A stretch of 50,971 bases of DNA from Macrostomum lignano (Eukaryota): contig NIVC01003626.1 of assembly GCA_002269645.1 (NCBI GenBank), forward strand, positions 35,889 through 86,859. Reading direction: 5' to 3'. The notes beneath the pieces were generated by a model, which worked only from the letters and a program-made list of their open reading frames with translations, was not told where the DNA came from and searched no databases. Both the position numbers and the translations under genes were made by a program. Every line of letters starts with the position of its first letter. Position 1 is the stretch's first letter. Shown in pieces: positions 1 to 10,821 of the stretch.

Positions 1-48
1 TAGACAGAGGACTTTGATTAAGCTTCTTACAACGCAAATCCATAACAG

Positions 49-251
49 GTGACGCACTCGGACCAGGCGCAGTTAAGCGCAACACAAAAGACTTCAAGCT
101 GGCCGACGGCACTCCGGCCGAGAAGTCTTACGACACCGCCAAGCTTAACAGGTTTATGAATCAGGAGGCTGTGGCTAGGAATCAGGCCTCATTGGGTCGG
201 ACTGGCCGCATCCTGTACTACTGGGGCTGTCCGGAAGGCACTAGCGAGAAG
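49..251 (+). CDS. HNRNPL: hnRNP L-like RNA-binding protein, penultimate exon (RRM3-RRM4 linker and start of RRM4); gene begins upstream of window
   Basis: Acceptor cataacAG|49, donor AAG|GTaaag at 252. Translation KDFKLADGTPAEKSYDTAKLNRFMNQEAVARNQASLGRTGRILYYWGCPEGTSEK resembles, from memory, hnRNP L 'GLEDGSCSYKDFSESRNNRFSTPEQAAKNRIQHPSNVLHFFNAP'. Confidence 0.7.
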
Positions 252-297
252 GTAAAGACTGCTTGTCACAGGTGTCTGGGGAGGGAGGCAAAATGGC

Positions 298-907
298 TCA
301 GAGGAGAGGATATAAGGGGAGTCAGGGGGAGAGGATATGAGGGTCAGGGGGGAGAGGATATGAGGGTCAGGGGGAGAGGATATGAGGGTCAGAGGGAGAG
401 ATATGAGGGTCAGGGGAGAGGATATGAGGGTCAGGGGGGAGAGGATATGAAGGTCAGGGGGGGGAGAGGAGAGGATATGAGGGGGTCAGGAGAGGATATG
501 AGGGGGGTCAGGAGAGGATATGAGGGGGATCAGGAGAGAATATAAGGGGTCAGGAGAAGGTATGAGGGGGGTCAGGAGAGGATATGAGGGGGGTCAGGAG
601 AGAGGATATAAGGGGGGTCAGGGGATAGGAAAAAAGGGGTCAGAGGAGAGGATATAAGAGGGGTCACAGGAGAGGATAAAAGGGGGGTCAGAGGAGAGGA
701 TAGAAGGGGGTCACAGGTGAGGTGAGGGGGGGTCAGAGGAGAGGATAAAAGGGGGGTCAGAGGAGAGGATAGAAGGGGTCACAGGAGAGGATAAAAGGGG
801 GTCAGAGGAGAGGATAAAAGGGGTCACAGGAGAGGATAAAAGGGGGGTCAGAGGAGAGGATAAAAGGGGGTCAGAGAGAGGATAAAAGGGGGGTCAGAGA
901 AGAGAGG
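298..907 (+). repeat. Purine-rich ~20-bp degenerate minisatellite (GGAGAGGATATGAGGGGGTCA) in the hnRNP L intron
   Basis: Tandem copies read directly; boundaries approximate. Confidence 0.9.
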
Positions 908-1014
908 TTGGCATGTATGAGAAAAAGCGAAATGAAAGAAGATTTCACTGTGGCAACGCAATGACATTGTGGGGAGAACAGATCAGGCAGTGACCTTGAA
1001 CCGGCACTCCGCAG

Positions 1015-1218
1015 ACAATCCGGGAGACGCTGAAGCTGGCCGGAGCCTCGAACCCCACCGAAGTTTCGCCGCAGAACGAGAAAGGCACCACCGGTTGGAT
1101 CACCTTCAACAGCGTGTCTGACGCCACGGATGCAATCTGTTTGGCTAATCACTCTGAGCTGAGCTCGAATACCAAGCTGAAGCTGGCTTACGCTTTTAAT
1201 AAGCATCGGGATCGCTGA
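1015..1218 (+). CDS. HNRNPL: hnRNP L-like protein, last coding exon (RRM4 to stop)
   Basis: Acceptor ccgcAG|1015, phase 0 matching the previous exon. TIRETLKLAGASNPTEVSPQNEKGTTGWITFNSVSDATDAICLANHSELSSNTKLKLAYAFNKHRDR*; the G-x-I-x-F..DA...NH...LKL.F pattern is that of hnRNP L/PTB RRM4. TGA at 1216-1218. Confidence 0.7.
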   Translation, partial: TIRETLKLAGASNPTEVSPQNEKGTTGWITFNSVSDATDAICLANHSELSSNTKLKLAYAFNKHRDR

Positions 1219-1338
1219 AATTTTAGCCGCTGAATGGTCGCTAAGCTGGGATTCACCTGCGACGGCAAAGGGTGGCTGACTGTCTTTACAGATTTGACTT
1301 TGTGCAGTGCTTTTGTTTGACTGACTAGTTTCATTTTT

Positions 1339-1990
1339 ATGGATCCCACCTCATGGATCCCATCGATCCGATGGATCCCACCCATGGATCCCACCCCATG
1401 GATCCCACCCCATGGATCCCACCCCATGGATCCCACCCATGGATCCCACCCCATGGATCCACCCCATGGATCCCACCCCATGGATCCCACCCCATGGATC
1501 CCACCCCATGGATCCCACCCCATGGATCCCACCCCATGGATCCCATCGATCCGATGGATCCCACCCCATGGATCCCACCCCATGGATCCCACCCCATGGA
1601 TCCCACCCCATGGATCCCACCCCATGGATCCCACCCCATGGATCCCACCTCATGGATCCCATCGATCTGATGGATCCCACCCCATGGATCCCACCCCATG
1701 GATCCCACCCCATGGAGGATCCCACCCCATGAATCCCACCCCATGGACCCCACCCGATGTTGGATCCCACCCGTATATCCCACCCTTTGAATCCCACCTT
1801 TTGGATCCCACCCTATAAATCCCATCCTACGGATCCCACCCATATCCCATCCTTTGAATCCCATTCTTTGAATCCCATTCTTTGAATCCAATTCTTTGGA
1901 TCCCACCCTATGAATCCCACCCTATGAATCCCACCCTATGGATCCCACCCATTGGATCCCGCTCCATGGATCCCATCCAGATCCCACCTA
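1339..1990. repeat. 14-bp minisatellite (ATGGATCCCACCCC), degenerating rightwards
   Basis: Tandem copies read directly; each unit contains overlapping CCATGG/GGATCC palindromes. Confidence 0.95.
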
Positions 1991-2761
1991 ATGGATCCCG
2001 TCCTATAGATCTCGCCCAATGGATCGCATCCAACAACTCTTATTCCACCCGTCACGTATTTTTAGTATCTGGCATCAAAATTGTCTCTGAATTTTTAATA
2101 ACTTCGCATTTCATCTGCCCCGTGTATATTCGATAAAGCAAGTTTTGTTGCTTTCTTAGTAAGAAACAGGCAACTTTAGTCGGGAATGAATTTTCCAAGT
2201 TAAAAATGCAGCAGGAAACGATAAACCAGTCCGTCTTGGGAATATCTTGTTTTTTAAATATCATTTAATTTTCTATACTATATTACAACTTATATGTACC
2301 TTTATTGTCTGCTGTGTACTTTTAGTAGTGCATGCTGTTACTATTATTGTAATATTAGTTGAAAAAGTAACCAGTCCGAATTAGTAATGCTTACTATGTC
2401 AGATAAAATGCTGTTCAAAAATAATTTTTGTTCGATTTCAACATTGCGCTGTACATTTAAAAAAGACGTTTTTTACTTCTTTTTTCAGTCGCTTGTCGCC
2501 GTTGTTTTATTGGTTTCGTTTAACCGCGTCGCGTGTTTAATCTCTATCTGATCAGCAAATAAACTAGCAAAATGCCCCCCCCCCCATTTAAACAGTTTGT
2601 CAACTGACTTCATTGAAGTTTGTCGTTTTTTCGGGCCGTATGGACTATTTTATTTAGTTAAACTTGATTAAGAATAAAAGTTCTAGTATGTAAATTATTG
2701 GTATTGGGATACTTATAAAGGTTGCTTCGATAGGGTACATGCATTATCAAAAATCCTACTT

Positions 2762-2995
2762 AAGACGATATGTATCGAAAGCTATATTTAGACGATATGT
2801 ATCGAAACCTATATTCAGACGATATGTATCGAAACCTATATTTAGACGATATGTATCGAAACCTATATTTAGACGATATGTATCGAATGCTATATTTAGC
2901 CGATATGTATCGAAGGCTATATTTAAACGTTATGTATCGAAATTTATTTCTAACCGATATGTATTGAAAGGTATATTTAGCCAATACGTATCGTA
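2762..2995. repeat. 27-bp tandem repeat (GACGATATGTATCGAAACCTATATTTA), about 8-9 copies, directly upstream of ECH1
   Basis: Read directly; ends about 20 bp before the ECH1 ATG. Confidence 0.9.
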
Positions 2996-3016
2996 AAGTT
3001 CATCACACTGCTCCCG

Positions 3017-3379
3017 ATGGCTGCCGCCCCTCGCCTCCTCGCCAGTGTCCGAGCACTAGCTGCCAGCGCATCCCGTCGGCGACACCTGTGCTCCAGTGCC
3101 GGCAGCGCCATGTCCGACCCGGCCGCCGTGTTTGGCCAGCTCACCCATGTCCGGGTGACTCAACCGTCCGAATTTGTCCGACACATTGTGCTGTGCCGGC
3201 CTGATCGACTCAACTCCATGACCTGGGCTTTTTTCGACGAAATCGGCCGCTGCTTTGACGCAATCGGCGAAGATCCCGACTGTCGGGTTGCGGTGCTGTC
3301 AGCTGAAGGCAAGCATTTTACGGCCGGACTTGACCTGGCCGATGCGGCCCAAATGTTGGGTGGCTCTAATCCGGATCAG
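3017..3379 (+). CDS. ECH1: Delta(3,5)-Delta(2,4)-dienoyl-CoA isomerase (crotonase family), exon 1
   Basis: ATG 3017; ...HIVLCRPDRLNSMTWAFFDEIGRCF...VAVLSAEGKHFTAGLDL; donor CAG|GTgggt at 3380, phase 0. Confidence 0.9.
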
Positions 3380-3750
3380 GTGGGTGTTGAATCTACTGGG
3401 TGTAAATTTGTAATAACACTGCTATTGACACGATTCTAAGCCGATATGTAGTGATAAAAACTTTGTAAAGCAAAAAACGATTGGCTTTATTACGAGTATT
3501 CATTGGTACTGAGGTGATGCGTCAGTATTTTGCTTTAGTGGTTCTGGGTTCGAACCTTAATGGTCATTATGATATTTATTTCAAGAGGTTTACTGACCTA
3601 ATCAATAGTTTACCGACTACCGATGCCAAAGCTAAATTAAACATTACGCTCGTAGCAACGCCATTTAATACGCAAAGATTTATTATAGCCGATATGTAGC
3701 GAAGTAAACTTTATAAAGCAAAAATCAGTACTGCAATTTCTAAACCACAG

Positions 3751-3942
3751 GACCCAGCACGCAAGGCGGCTGAAATTCGCCGGACGCTGTTCCGCCTACA
3801 GGCGGGTCTCTCAGCGCTGGAGCGCTGTAGCAAGCCCGTGATTGCGGCAATTCACGGCGGCTGCATCGGTGGCGGAGTTGATCTGGTAGCGGCTGCCGAC
3901 ATTCGCTATTGCAGTTTCGATGCGTTTTTCTCGGTTAAAGAG
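3751..3942 (+). CDS. ECH1: ECH1 exon 2
   Basis: Acceptor ccacAG|; DPARKAAEIRR...ERCSKPVIAAIHGGCIGGGVDLVAAADIRYCSFDAFFSVKE; donor GAG|GTgcgt; 64 codons. Confidence 0.95.
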
Positions 3943-4248
3943 GTGCGTGTTTTTTATTTGTAAATATTTCGATGCATATTGTCTCGACTTAAAAGTCAGT
4001 TTAAAATTCTTTTGGTTACTAAAAATCACGTTACATAAACATTCTGTAATTCTTTTAACTTATGTAATTATAATTTTTTCGATACATATCGGCATAAAAT
4101 GTTCTGTTATTGAAGCAAAAAATGCTTTGCACTATGTTATTTCGATACATATAACTACTCTGTCATCAGCTCAGAGTTCGGTTATTGATCCGTCAAAAAC
4201 TTTTTTTTCGATACATATCGTCACTAAAATATATTCTAAATTACCCAG

Positions 4249-4635
4249 GTAGACCTGGGCCTGGCAGCGGATCTGGGCTCCCTGCAGCGGCTCCCAAAGC
4301 TGCTCGGCAGCGCCAGCCTGCTAGCCGAGCTCACCTTCACCGGACGTCGTCTGCCAGCTGAGGAGGCGCACCGGGTCGGCCTGGTTAGTCGCGTCCTGGA
4401 CGATCGCGACCGGCTGCTGGCGGCCGCCCTGTCCCTGGCCAGCGACATCGCCGCCAAGAGCCCGGTGGCTGTACAGGCCGCCAAACGGTCCCTACTGTTC
4501 GCCCGCGATCATCCGGTGGCCGAAGGTCTGGCGCAGATTGCCGCGGAGAATGCCGCCATGCTGCAGAGCGAAGACGTGGCCAGAGCGGTGGCCGCCTCGC
4601 TTAGCAAAGAGAAGCCCAGCTCTGCTAAGCTTTGA
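4249..4635 (+). CDS. ECH1: ECH1 exon 3 (ends ...EKPSSAKL*); full protein 313 aa
   Basis: Acceptor acccAG|; VDLGLAADLGSLQRLPKLLGS...ELTFTGR...GLVSRV...IAAKSPVAVQ matches ECH1 (human VDVGLAADVGTLQRLPK); TGA 4633-4635. Confidence 0.95.
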   Translation, partial: VDLGLAADLGSLQRLPKLLGSASLLAELTFTGRRLPAEEAHRVGLVSRVLDDRDRLLAAALSLASDIAAKSPVAVQAAKRSLLFARDHPVAEGLAQIAAENAAMLQSEDVARAVAASLSKEKPSSAKL

Positions 4636-5226
4636 TTTTTGTGTAAATGAATACTACTTATATTGACAGGTTTTGAGTAGTACGTCAATTTTATGATTTT
4701 TAAAAATTTTAATGACAATTTTTGTGGAATTGATTGCTAATAAAATTTCATCCAGAAACCAATTAATTACTGTGAAATTAAAAAAATAAAAATCATTTAT
4801 TAGTTATGCTACCTACCTACCAAATCATTTTTCGTTTATTTTTTTCTGGAATTAATTATTCAGACGCCTAGAGACAACTCATTTTAGAACTGCAACTTAA
4901 GTGCACAGTGTACTACTCATATTCACCATCCGTATTGAATGGGTAGGGAGAGAAAGTTACTGTATCGCCGCCATTCTCAACACATGAAATCCTACATGTA
5001 AGTGATTCCTATCCTAATGGAACTACTTTATAGAAAGTCAGTAGCGTGAGTAGCATTTTTAGTTATTATTTCGTAAATTAGTCTTAAATAAGACTATTTT
5101 GAGAAATATAACAATTCGTCGAGTTCCTGCCTGAGACAACGGTATAAAATGTAGTAAATCAGTAGGAATGTAATTTTGTAATATTGAAGTATAGTATGTA
5201 TATATCTGGGGAACTAAAAATAATAT

Positions 5227-5232
5227 AAAAAA
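5227..5232 (-). terminator. RNA polymerase III oligo-T terminator of tRNA-Ser
   Basis: T6 on the minus strand a few nt 3' of the tRNA. Confidence 0.7.
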
Positions 5233-5236
5233 TCCT

Positions 5237-5318
5237 CGACGAGGATGGGATTCGAACCCACGCGGGGAAACCCCAATGGATTAGCAGTCCATCGCCATAA
5301 CCACTCGGCCACCTCGTC
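5237..5318 (-). tRNA. tRNA-Ser(GCT): tRNA-Ser, anticodon GCT
   Basis: Reverse complement GACGAGGTGGCCGAGTGGTTATGGCGATGGACTGCTAATCCATTGGGGTTTCCCCGCGTGGGTTCGAATCCCATCCTCGTCG: 82 nt, A/B boxes, anticodon stem ATGGA/TCCAT, long variable arm. Confidence 0.97.
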
Positions 5319-6149
5319 TGCTATCAGTAGCCCGGGCCGCGCGGTGAAATAATTTGTCTGCATGAGCCACGTGCGCACGGCTGCGTGAAGTTGAGATAAG
5401 ATTTGAATCGGTTTTTATTAATTTAATGTACTTTATAGCCAACTTTATTGCTCAGTTAAAAAAATTAGAATATGATCCAAGAGAACTTAAACTACATGTG
5501 TGCTGACTGACGCGGGGTTTTGGCATTGGCACTCGACGAGGCCCTTGACTTTCTAATCACGCACACTTTCTGTGCCTTACGTTTGCCGTCATGACTGTGA
5601 AAATCATTGATTGTTTTTAAATCAAGACACTGAAACTCTCTTACCATTAAAACTAGCTCATACACCAGCTGTGCATTCACTGAAGAGCATTATTGATTTA
5701 TTTTACTAGACTGAGGCGTACAGCGAGTTTATAAAATAATAAAACAAGTAGGCACACTCTGTGCAGGTGCGCGCCTATTAGTAGTCATGAGAACGCGTTG
5801 CTATAAAATTCAAATCAGCCAGACAGATGCAGACAAGACTCCCCGTTAGTTAAAGCGGAATATAATTTCTGATATATCGAAATCAACAAATTATAGAAGA
5901 GGCAAATATATCTGTTAGAATATAGAAGCGGTATTTGAAAGCCTGAAAATATGAATTAATTAATTTTTTAGGCAATTTAGCAACGCACAGAGCAATTGAA
6001 ACTTTCTGCAAGTGCAGTGACAAATGGCGCACATAACCGCTACTATTTACACGTTAAGCTCTTAAGCAAAGACATACAGTTTTCTTTTGCAAATGGAAAG
6101 TAAAACATCATAAAATGAAAATGTGGTTACCTAAAGCCGGGGTACTCTG

Positions 6150-7004
6150 GGGGAGAGAGTGTACATCTGAGGGGTGGGCTGGGAGGAGTGTACATCTGAG
6201 GGGTAGGCTGGGGGAGAGAATGTACATCTGAGGGGTAGGCTGAGGGAGAGAATGTACATCTGAGGGGTAGGCTGGGGGAGAGAATGTAGATCTGAAGGCT
6301 AGGCTGGGGGGAGAATGTACATCTGAGGGGTAGGCTGGGGGACAGTGTACATCTAAAGGGTACGCTGGGGGAGAGTGTACATCTGAGGGGTAGGCTGGGG
6401 AGAGTGTACATCTGAAGGGTAGGCTGGGGGAGAGAATGTACATCTGAGGGGTAGGCTGAGGGAGAGAATGTAGATCTGAAGGCTAGGCTGGGGGAGAGTG
6501 TACATCTGAGGGGTAGGCTGGGGGACAGTGTACATCTAAAGAGTAGGCTGGGGGAGAGTGTAAATCTGAGGGGTAGGCTGGGGGAGAGTGTAAATCTGAG
6601 GGGTAGGCTGGGGGAGTGTACATCTGAGGGGTAGGCTGGGGAGAGTGTACATCTGAGGGGTAGGCTGGGGAGAGTGTACATCTGAGGGGTAGGCTATGGG
6701 AGAGAATGTACATCTGAAAGCTAGGCTTGGGGAGAGAGTGCACATCTGAAGGCTAGGGGGGAGAGAGTGCACATCTGAAGGCTAGGGGGAGAGAGTGCAC
6801 ATCTGAAGGCTAGGGGGGAGAGAGTGCACATCTGAAGGCTAGGGGGAGAGAGTGCACATCTGAAGGCTAGGGGGGAGAGTGCACATCTGAAGGCTAGGGG
6901 GGAGAGAGTGCACATCTGAAGGCTAGGGGGGAGAGAGTGCACATCTGAAGGCTAGGGGGGAGAGAGTGCACATCTGAAGGCTAGGGGGGAGAGAGTGTAC
7001 ATCT
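6150..7004. repeat. G-rich ~30-bp minisatellite (GTACATCTGAGGGGTAGGCTGGGGGAGAGT) switching at ~6720 to a related 28-29-bp unit (GCACATCTGAAGGCTAGGGGGGAGAGAGT)
   Basis: Read directly. Confidence 0.95.
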
Positions 7005-7413
7005 GTGTACAACTGGCAATATATTTTATTATAACTCTAATCACGCGAGCATCAATAATTTACTGAACGAAAATTATCTTCATTATAGGATCATAGAATC
7101 TGATGTACATGGATAATCTGATATACACAGAGATAAGAACAAACTAAAAATGAAACCTATGAATCGGATGAAGCAGTGAGCACGCTCGACACGGCTGAAA
7201 GACCGGAAGCTGCATTACAAAAATAACATTAGGAGACGAACGCGACAAAAAAGCACAACGCCAAAGACAGGCGCATTTTTTTAATTCTATCAATAAGCTA
7301 TCAGTAAATAAATAATATATATAATATATATGGATATACGCACACCACAAACTACAGCTCAACGTGGCATTTATTAGTGGAAAGTACAGAATAAGAAACT
7401 TATCTAACACGAT

Positions 7414-7912
7414 GTCTATGGCCAATACTGCCCGACCCTGGATCCTGAGCAACACACAACCTCCAGCTGTCTATGGCCAATACTGCCCGACCCTGGATCC
7501 TAAGCAACACACAACCTCCAGCTGTCTATGGCCAATACTGCCCGACCCTGGATCCTGAGCAACACACAACCTCCAGCTGTCTGGCCAATACTGCCCGACC
7601 CTGGATCCTGAGCAACACACAACCTCCAGCTGTCTATGGCCAATACTGCCCGACCCTGGATTCTGAGCAACACACAACCTCCAGCTGTCTATGGCCAATC
7701 CTGCCCGACCCTGGATCCTGAGCAACACACAACATCCAGCTGTCTATGGCCAATACTGCCCGACCCTGGATCCTGAGCAACACACAACCTCTAGCTGTCT
7801 ATGGCCAATACTGCCCGACCCTGGATCCTGAGCAACACACAACCTCCAGCTGTCTATGGCCAATACTGCCCGACCCTGGATCCTGAGCAATACACAACCT
7901 CCAGCTGTCTAT
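7414..7912. repeat. 55-bp tandem repeat, about 9 near-identical copies, about 100 bp downstream of the PTEN stop
   Basis: GTCTATGGCCAATACTGCCCGACCCTGGATCCTGAGCAACACACAACCTCCAGCT; period confirmed 7414 to 7469; one copy has a 4-bp deletion. Confidence 0.95.
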
Positions 7913-8012
7913 GGTCAATTCTCAGCTGCCTGAACAGTACCCAGCAGAGGTAAAGGCACAAGCTGCCAATCTCAATCCAAATCTTCGTCACCACAGCAGC
8001 CTGGCTCCAGCT

Positions 8013-8306
8013 CTATCCGAGGCCGTGAATCAGTTCCATTGCCATCCACCGGGCAGTTGCCCCCCTCGGAGTCGGACTCAGCCGGGGTGCTAATCGACGA
8101 CGACGAAGCCGACAGCGGCCGGAGGCGACGCGGGTGTCGACGAGAGCTCCGGCGCAGATTGGTGATGACGCAGTCGCAGCAGCTGTGGAGCAGCCGGCGC
8201 TGGACGAGGCGGGTGCGGAGCAGTAGGAGAAGGGCCGGTAGAGCCCGTCAGTCGGGTTGTCCTCGTCCGAGCTGTTCGGATCCGGCAGCTCGAATTGGAG
8301 GGTCAC
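8013..8306 (-). CDS. PTEN: PTEN exon 5 (end of C2 domain and tail)
   Basis: Acceptor aaccAG|GTG ACC CTC CAA TTC: FC|VTLQF aligns with human FKVKLYF; TAG at 8015-8013. The distal tail frame is less certain. Confidence 0.75.
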   Translation of the reverse strand: MTLQFELPDPNSSDEDNPTDGLYRPFSYCSAPASSSAGCSTAAATASSPICAGALVDTRVASGRCRLRRRRLAPRLSPTPRGATARWMAMELIHGLG

Positions 8307-8389
8307 CTGGTTGCGGGCCGGGTTTGGGAGAGGATTAGGATACGACTGCGGTGGGATGGGCGTCCATCTGGGAACAAGTGCCCATCCTG

Positions 8390-10792
8390 ACCTCTGCTCT
8401 CCCTCTCTATCCCCCACTCTCCCTCTCCTACTCCCACTCTCCCTCTCTACCCCCACTCTCTCTCTCCTACTCCCACTCTCCCTCTCCTACCCCCACTCTC
8501 CCTCTCTACCCCACTCTCTCTCTCCTACTCCCACTCTCCCTCTCCTACCCCACTCTCCTCTCTACCCCCACTCTCCGTCTCTACCCCACTCTCTCTCTCC
8601 TACTCCCACTCTCCCTCTCCTACCCCCACTCTCCCTCTCTCCCCCACTCTCCCTCTCCTACTCCCACTCTCCCTCTCCTACTCCCACTCTCCCTCTCTAT
8701 CCCCCACTCTCCCTCTCTACCCCCACTCTCTCTCTCCTACTCCCACTCTCCCTCTCCTACCCCCACTCTACCTCTCTACCCCACTCTCCTCTCCTACTCC
8801 CACTCTCCCTCTCTACCCCCACTCTCTCTCTCCTACTCCCACTCTCCCTCTCCTACTCCCACTCTCCCTCTCTATCCCCCACTCTCCCTCTCCTACTCCC
8901 ACTCTCCCTCTCTATCCCCACTCTCCCTCTCTATCCCCCACTCTCCCTCTCTACCCCACTCTCTCTCTCCTACTCCCACTCTCCCTCTCCTACCCCACTC
9001 TCCCTCTCTCCCCCACTCTCCCTCTCTCCCCCACTCTCCCTCTCTCCCCCACTCTCCTCTCTCCCCCACTCTCCCTCTCCTACTCCCACTCTCCCTCTCC
9101 TACTCCCACTCTCCCTCTCTATCCCCCACTCTCCCTCTCTACCCCCACTCTCTCTCTCCTACTCCCACTCTCCCTCTCCTACCCCCACTCTCCCTCTCTA
9201 CCCCACTCTCCCTCTCCTACCCCCACTCTCCCTCTCTACCCCCACTCTCCCTCTCTACCCCCACTCTCTCTCTCCTACTCCCACTCTCCCTCTCCTACCC
9301 CCACTCTCCCTCTCTACCCCCACTCTCCGTCTCTACCCCCACTCTCTCTCTCCTACTCCCACTCTCCCTCTCCTACCCTCACTCTCCCTCTCTCCCCCAC
9401 TCTCCCTCTCCTACTCCCACTCTCCCTCTCCTACTCCCACTCTCCCTCTCTATCCCCCACTCTCCCTCTCTACCCCCACTCTCTCTCCTACTCCCACTCT
9501 CCCTCTCCTACCCCCACTCTCCCTCTCTACCCCCACTCTCCCTCTCCTACTCCCACTCTCCCTCTCTACCCCCACTCTCTCTCTCCTACTCCCACTCTCC
9601 CTCTCCTACTCCCACTCTCCCTCTCTATCCCCCACTCTCCCTCTCCTACTCCCACTCTCCCTCTCTATCCCCCACTCTCCCTCTCTATCCCCACTCTCCC
9701 TCTCTACCCCCACTCTCTCTCTCCTACTCCCACTCTCCCTCTCCTACCCCCACTCTCCCTCTCTCCCCCACTCTCCCTCTCTCCCCCACTCTCCCTCTCC
9801 TACTCCCACTCTCCCTCTCCTACCCCCACTCTCCCTCTCTACCCCCACTCTCTCTCTCCTACCCCCACTCTCCCTCTCTACCCCCACTCTCCCTCTCTAC
9901 CCCCACTCTCTCTCTCCTACTCCCACTCTCCCTCTCTATCCCCACTCTCCCTCTCTACCCCACTCTCCCTCTCTACCCCCACTCTCTCTCTCTCCTACTC
10001 CCACTCTCCCTCTCCTACCCCACTCTCCCTCTCTACCCCACTCTCCCTCTCCTACTCCCACTCTCCCTCTCTACCCCACTCTCTCTCTCCTACTCCCACT
10101 CTCCCTCTCCTACTCCCACTCTCCCTCTCTATCCCCCACTCTCCCTCTCCTACTCCCACTCTCCCTCTCTATCCCCCACTCTCCCTCTCTATCCCCACTC
10201 TCCCTCTCTACCCCCACTCTCTCTCTCCTACTCCCACTCTCCCTCTCCTACCCCCACTCTCCCTCTCTCCCCCACTCTCCCTCTCTCCCCCACTCTCCCT
10301 CTCCTACTCCCACTCTCCCTCTCCTACTCCCACTCTCCCTCTCTATCCCCCACTCTCCCTCTCTACCCCCACTCTCTCTCTCCTACTCCCACTCTCCCTC
10401 TCCTACCCCCACTCTCCCTCTCTACCCCCACTCTCCCTCTCCTACCCCCACTCTCCCTCTCTACCCCCACTCTCCCTCTCTACCCCCACTCTCTCTCTCC
10501 TACTCCCACTCTCCCTCTCTATCCCCACTCTCCCTCTCTACCCCACTCTCCCTCTCTACCCCCACTCTCTCTCTCTCCTACTCCCACTCTCCCTCTCCTA
10601 CCCCCACTCTCCCTCTCTATCCCCCACTCTCCCTCTCCTACTCCCACTCTCCCTCTCTATCCCCCACTCTCCCTCTCTACCCCCACTCTCCCTCTCTATC
10701 CCTCACTCTCCCTCTCTATCCCCCACTCTCCCTCTCTACCCCCACTCTCCCTCTCTATCCCCCACACTCCCTCTCTACCCCCCACTCTCCCC
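8390..10792. repeat. CT-rich 19-20-bp minisatellite (CCCCACTCTCCCTCTCTAC / CCCACTCTCCCTCTCCTACT) filling PTEN intron 4
   Basis: Read directly; source of the 924/887-aa spurious ORFs. Confidence 0.95.
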
Positions 10793-10821
10793 CAGAAGAG
10801 AGCACTCAGCGCAGAGCTCAC

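Noticed and set aside
7414-7912. CRISPR-like array (also considered for the 27-, 28- and 31-bp repeats)
   Set aside because: Units are contiguous with no unique spacers, there are no cas genes, and the context is eukaryotic.
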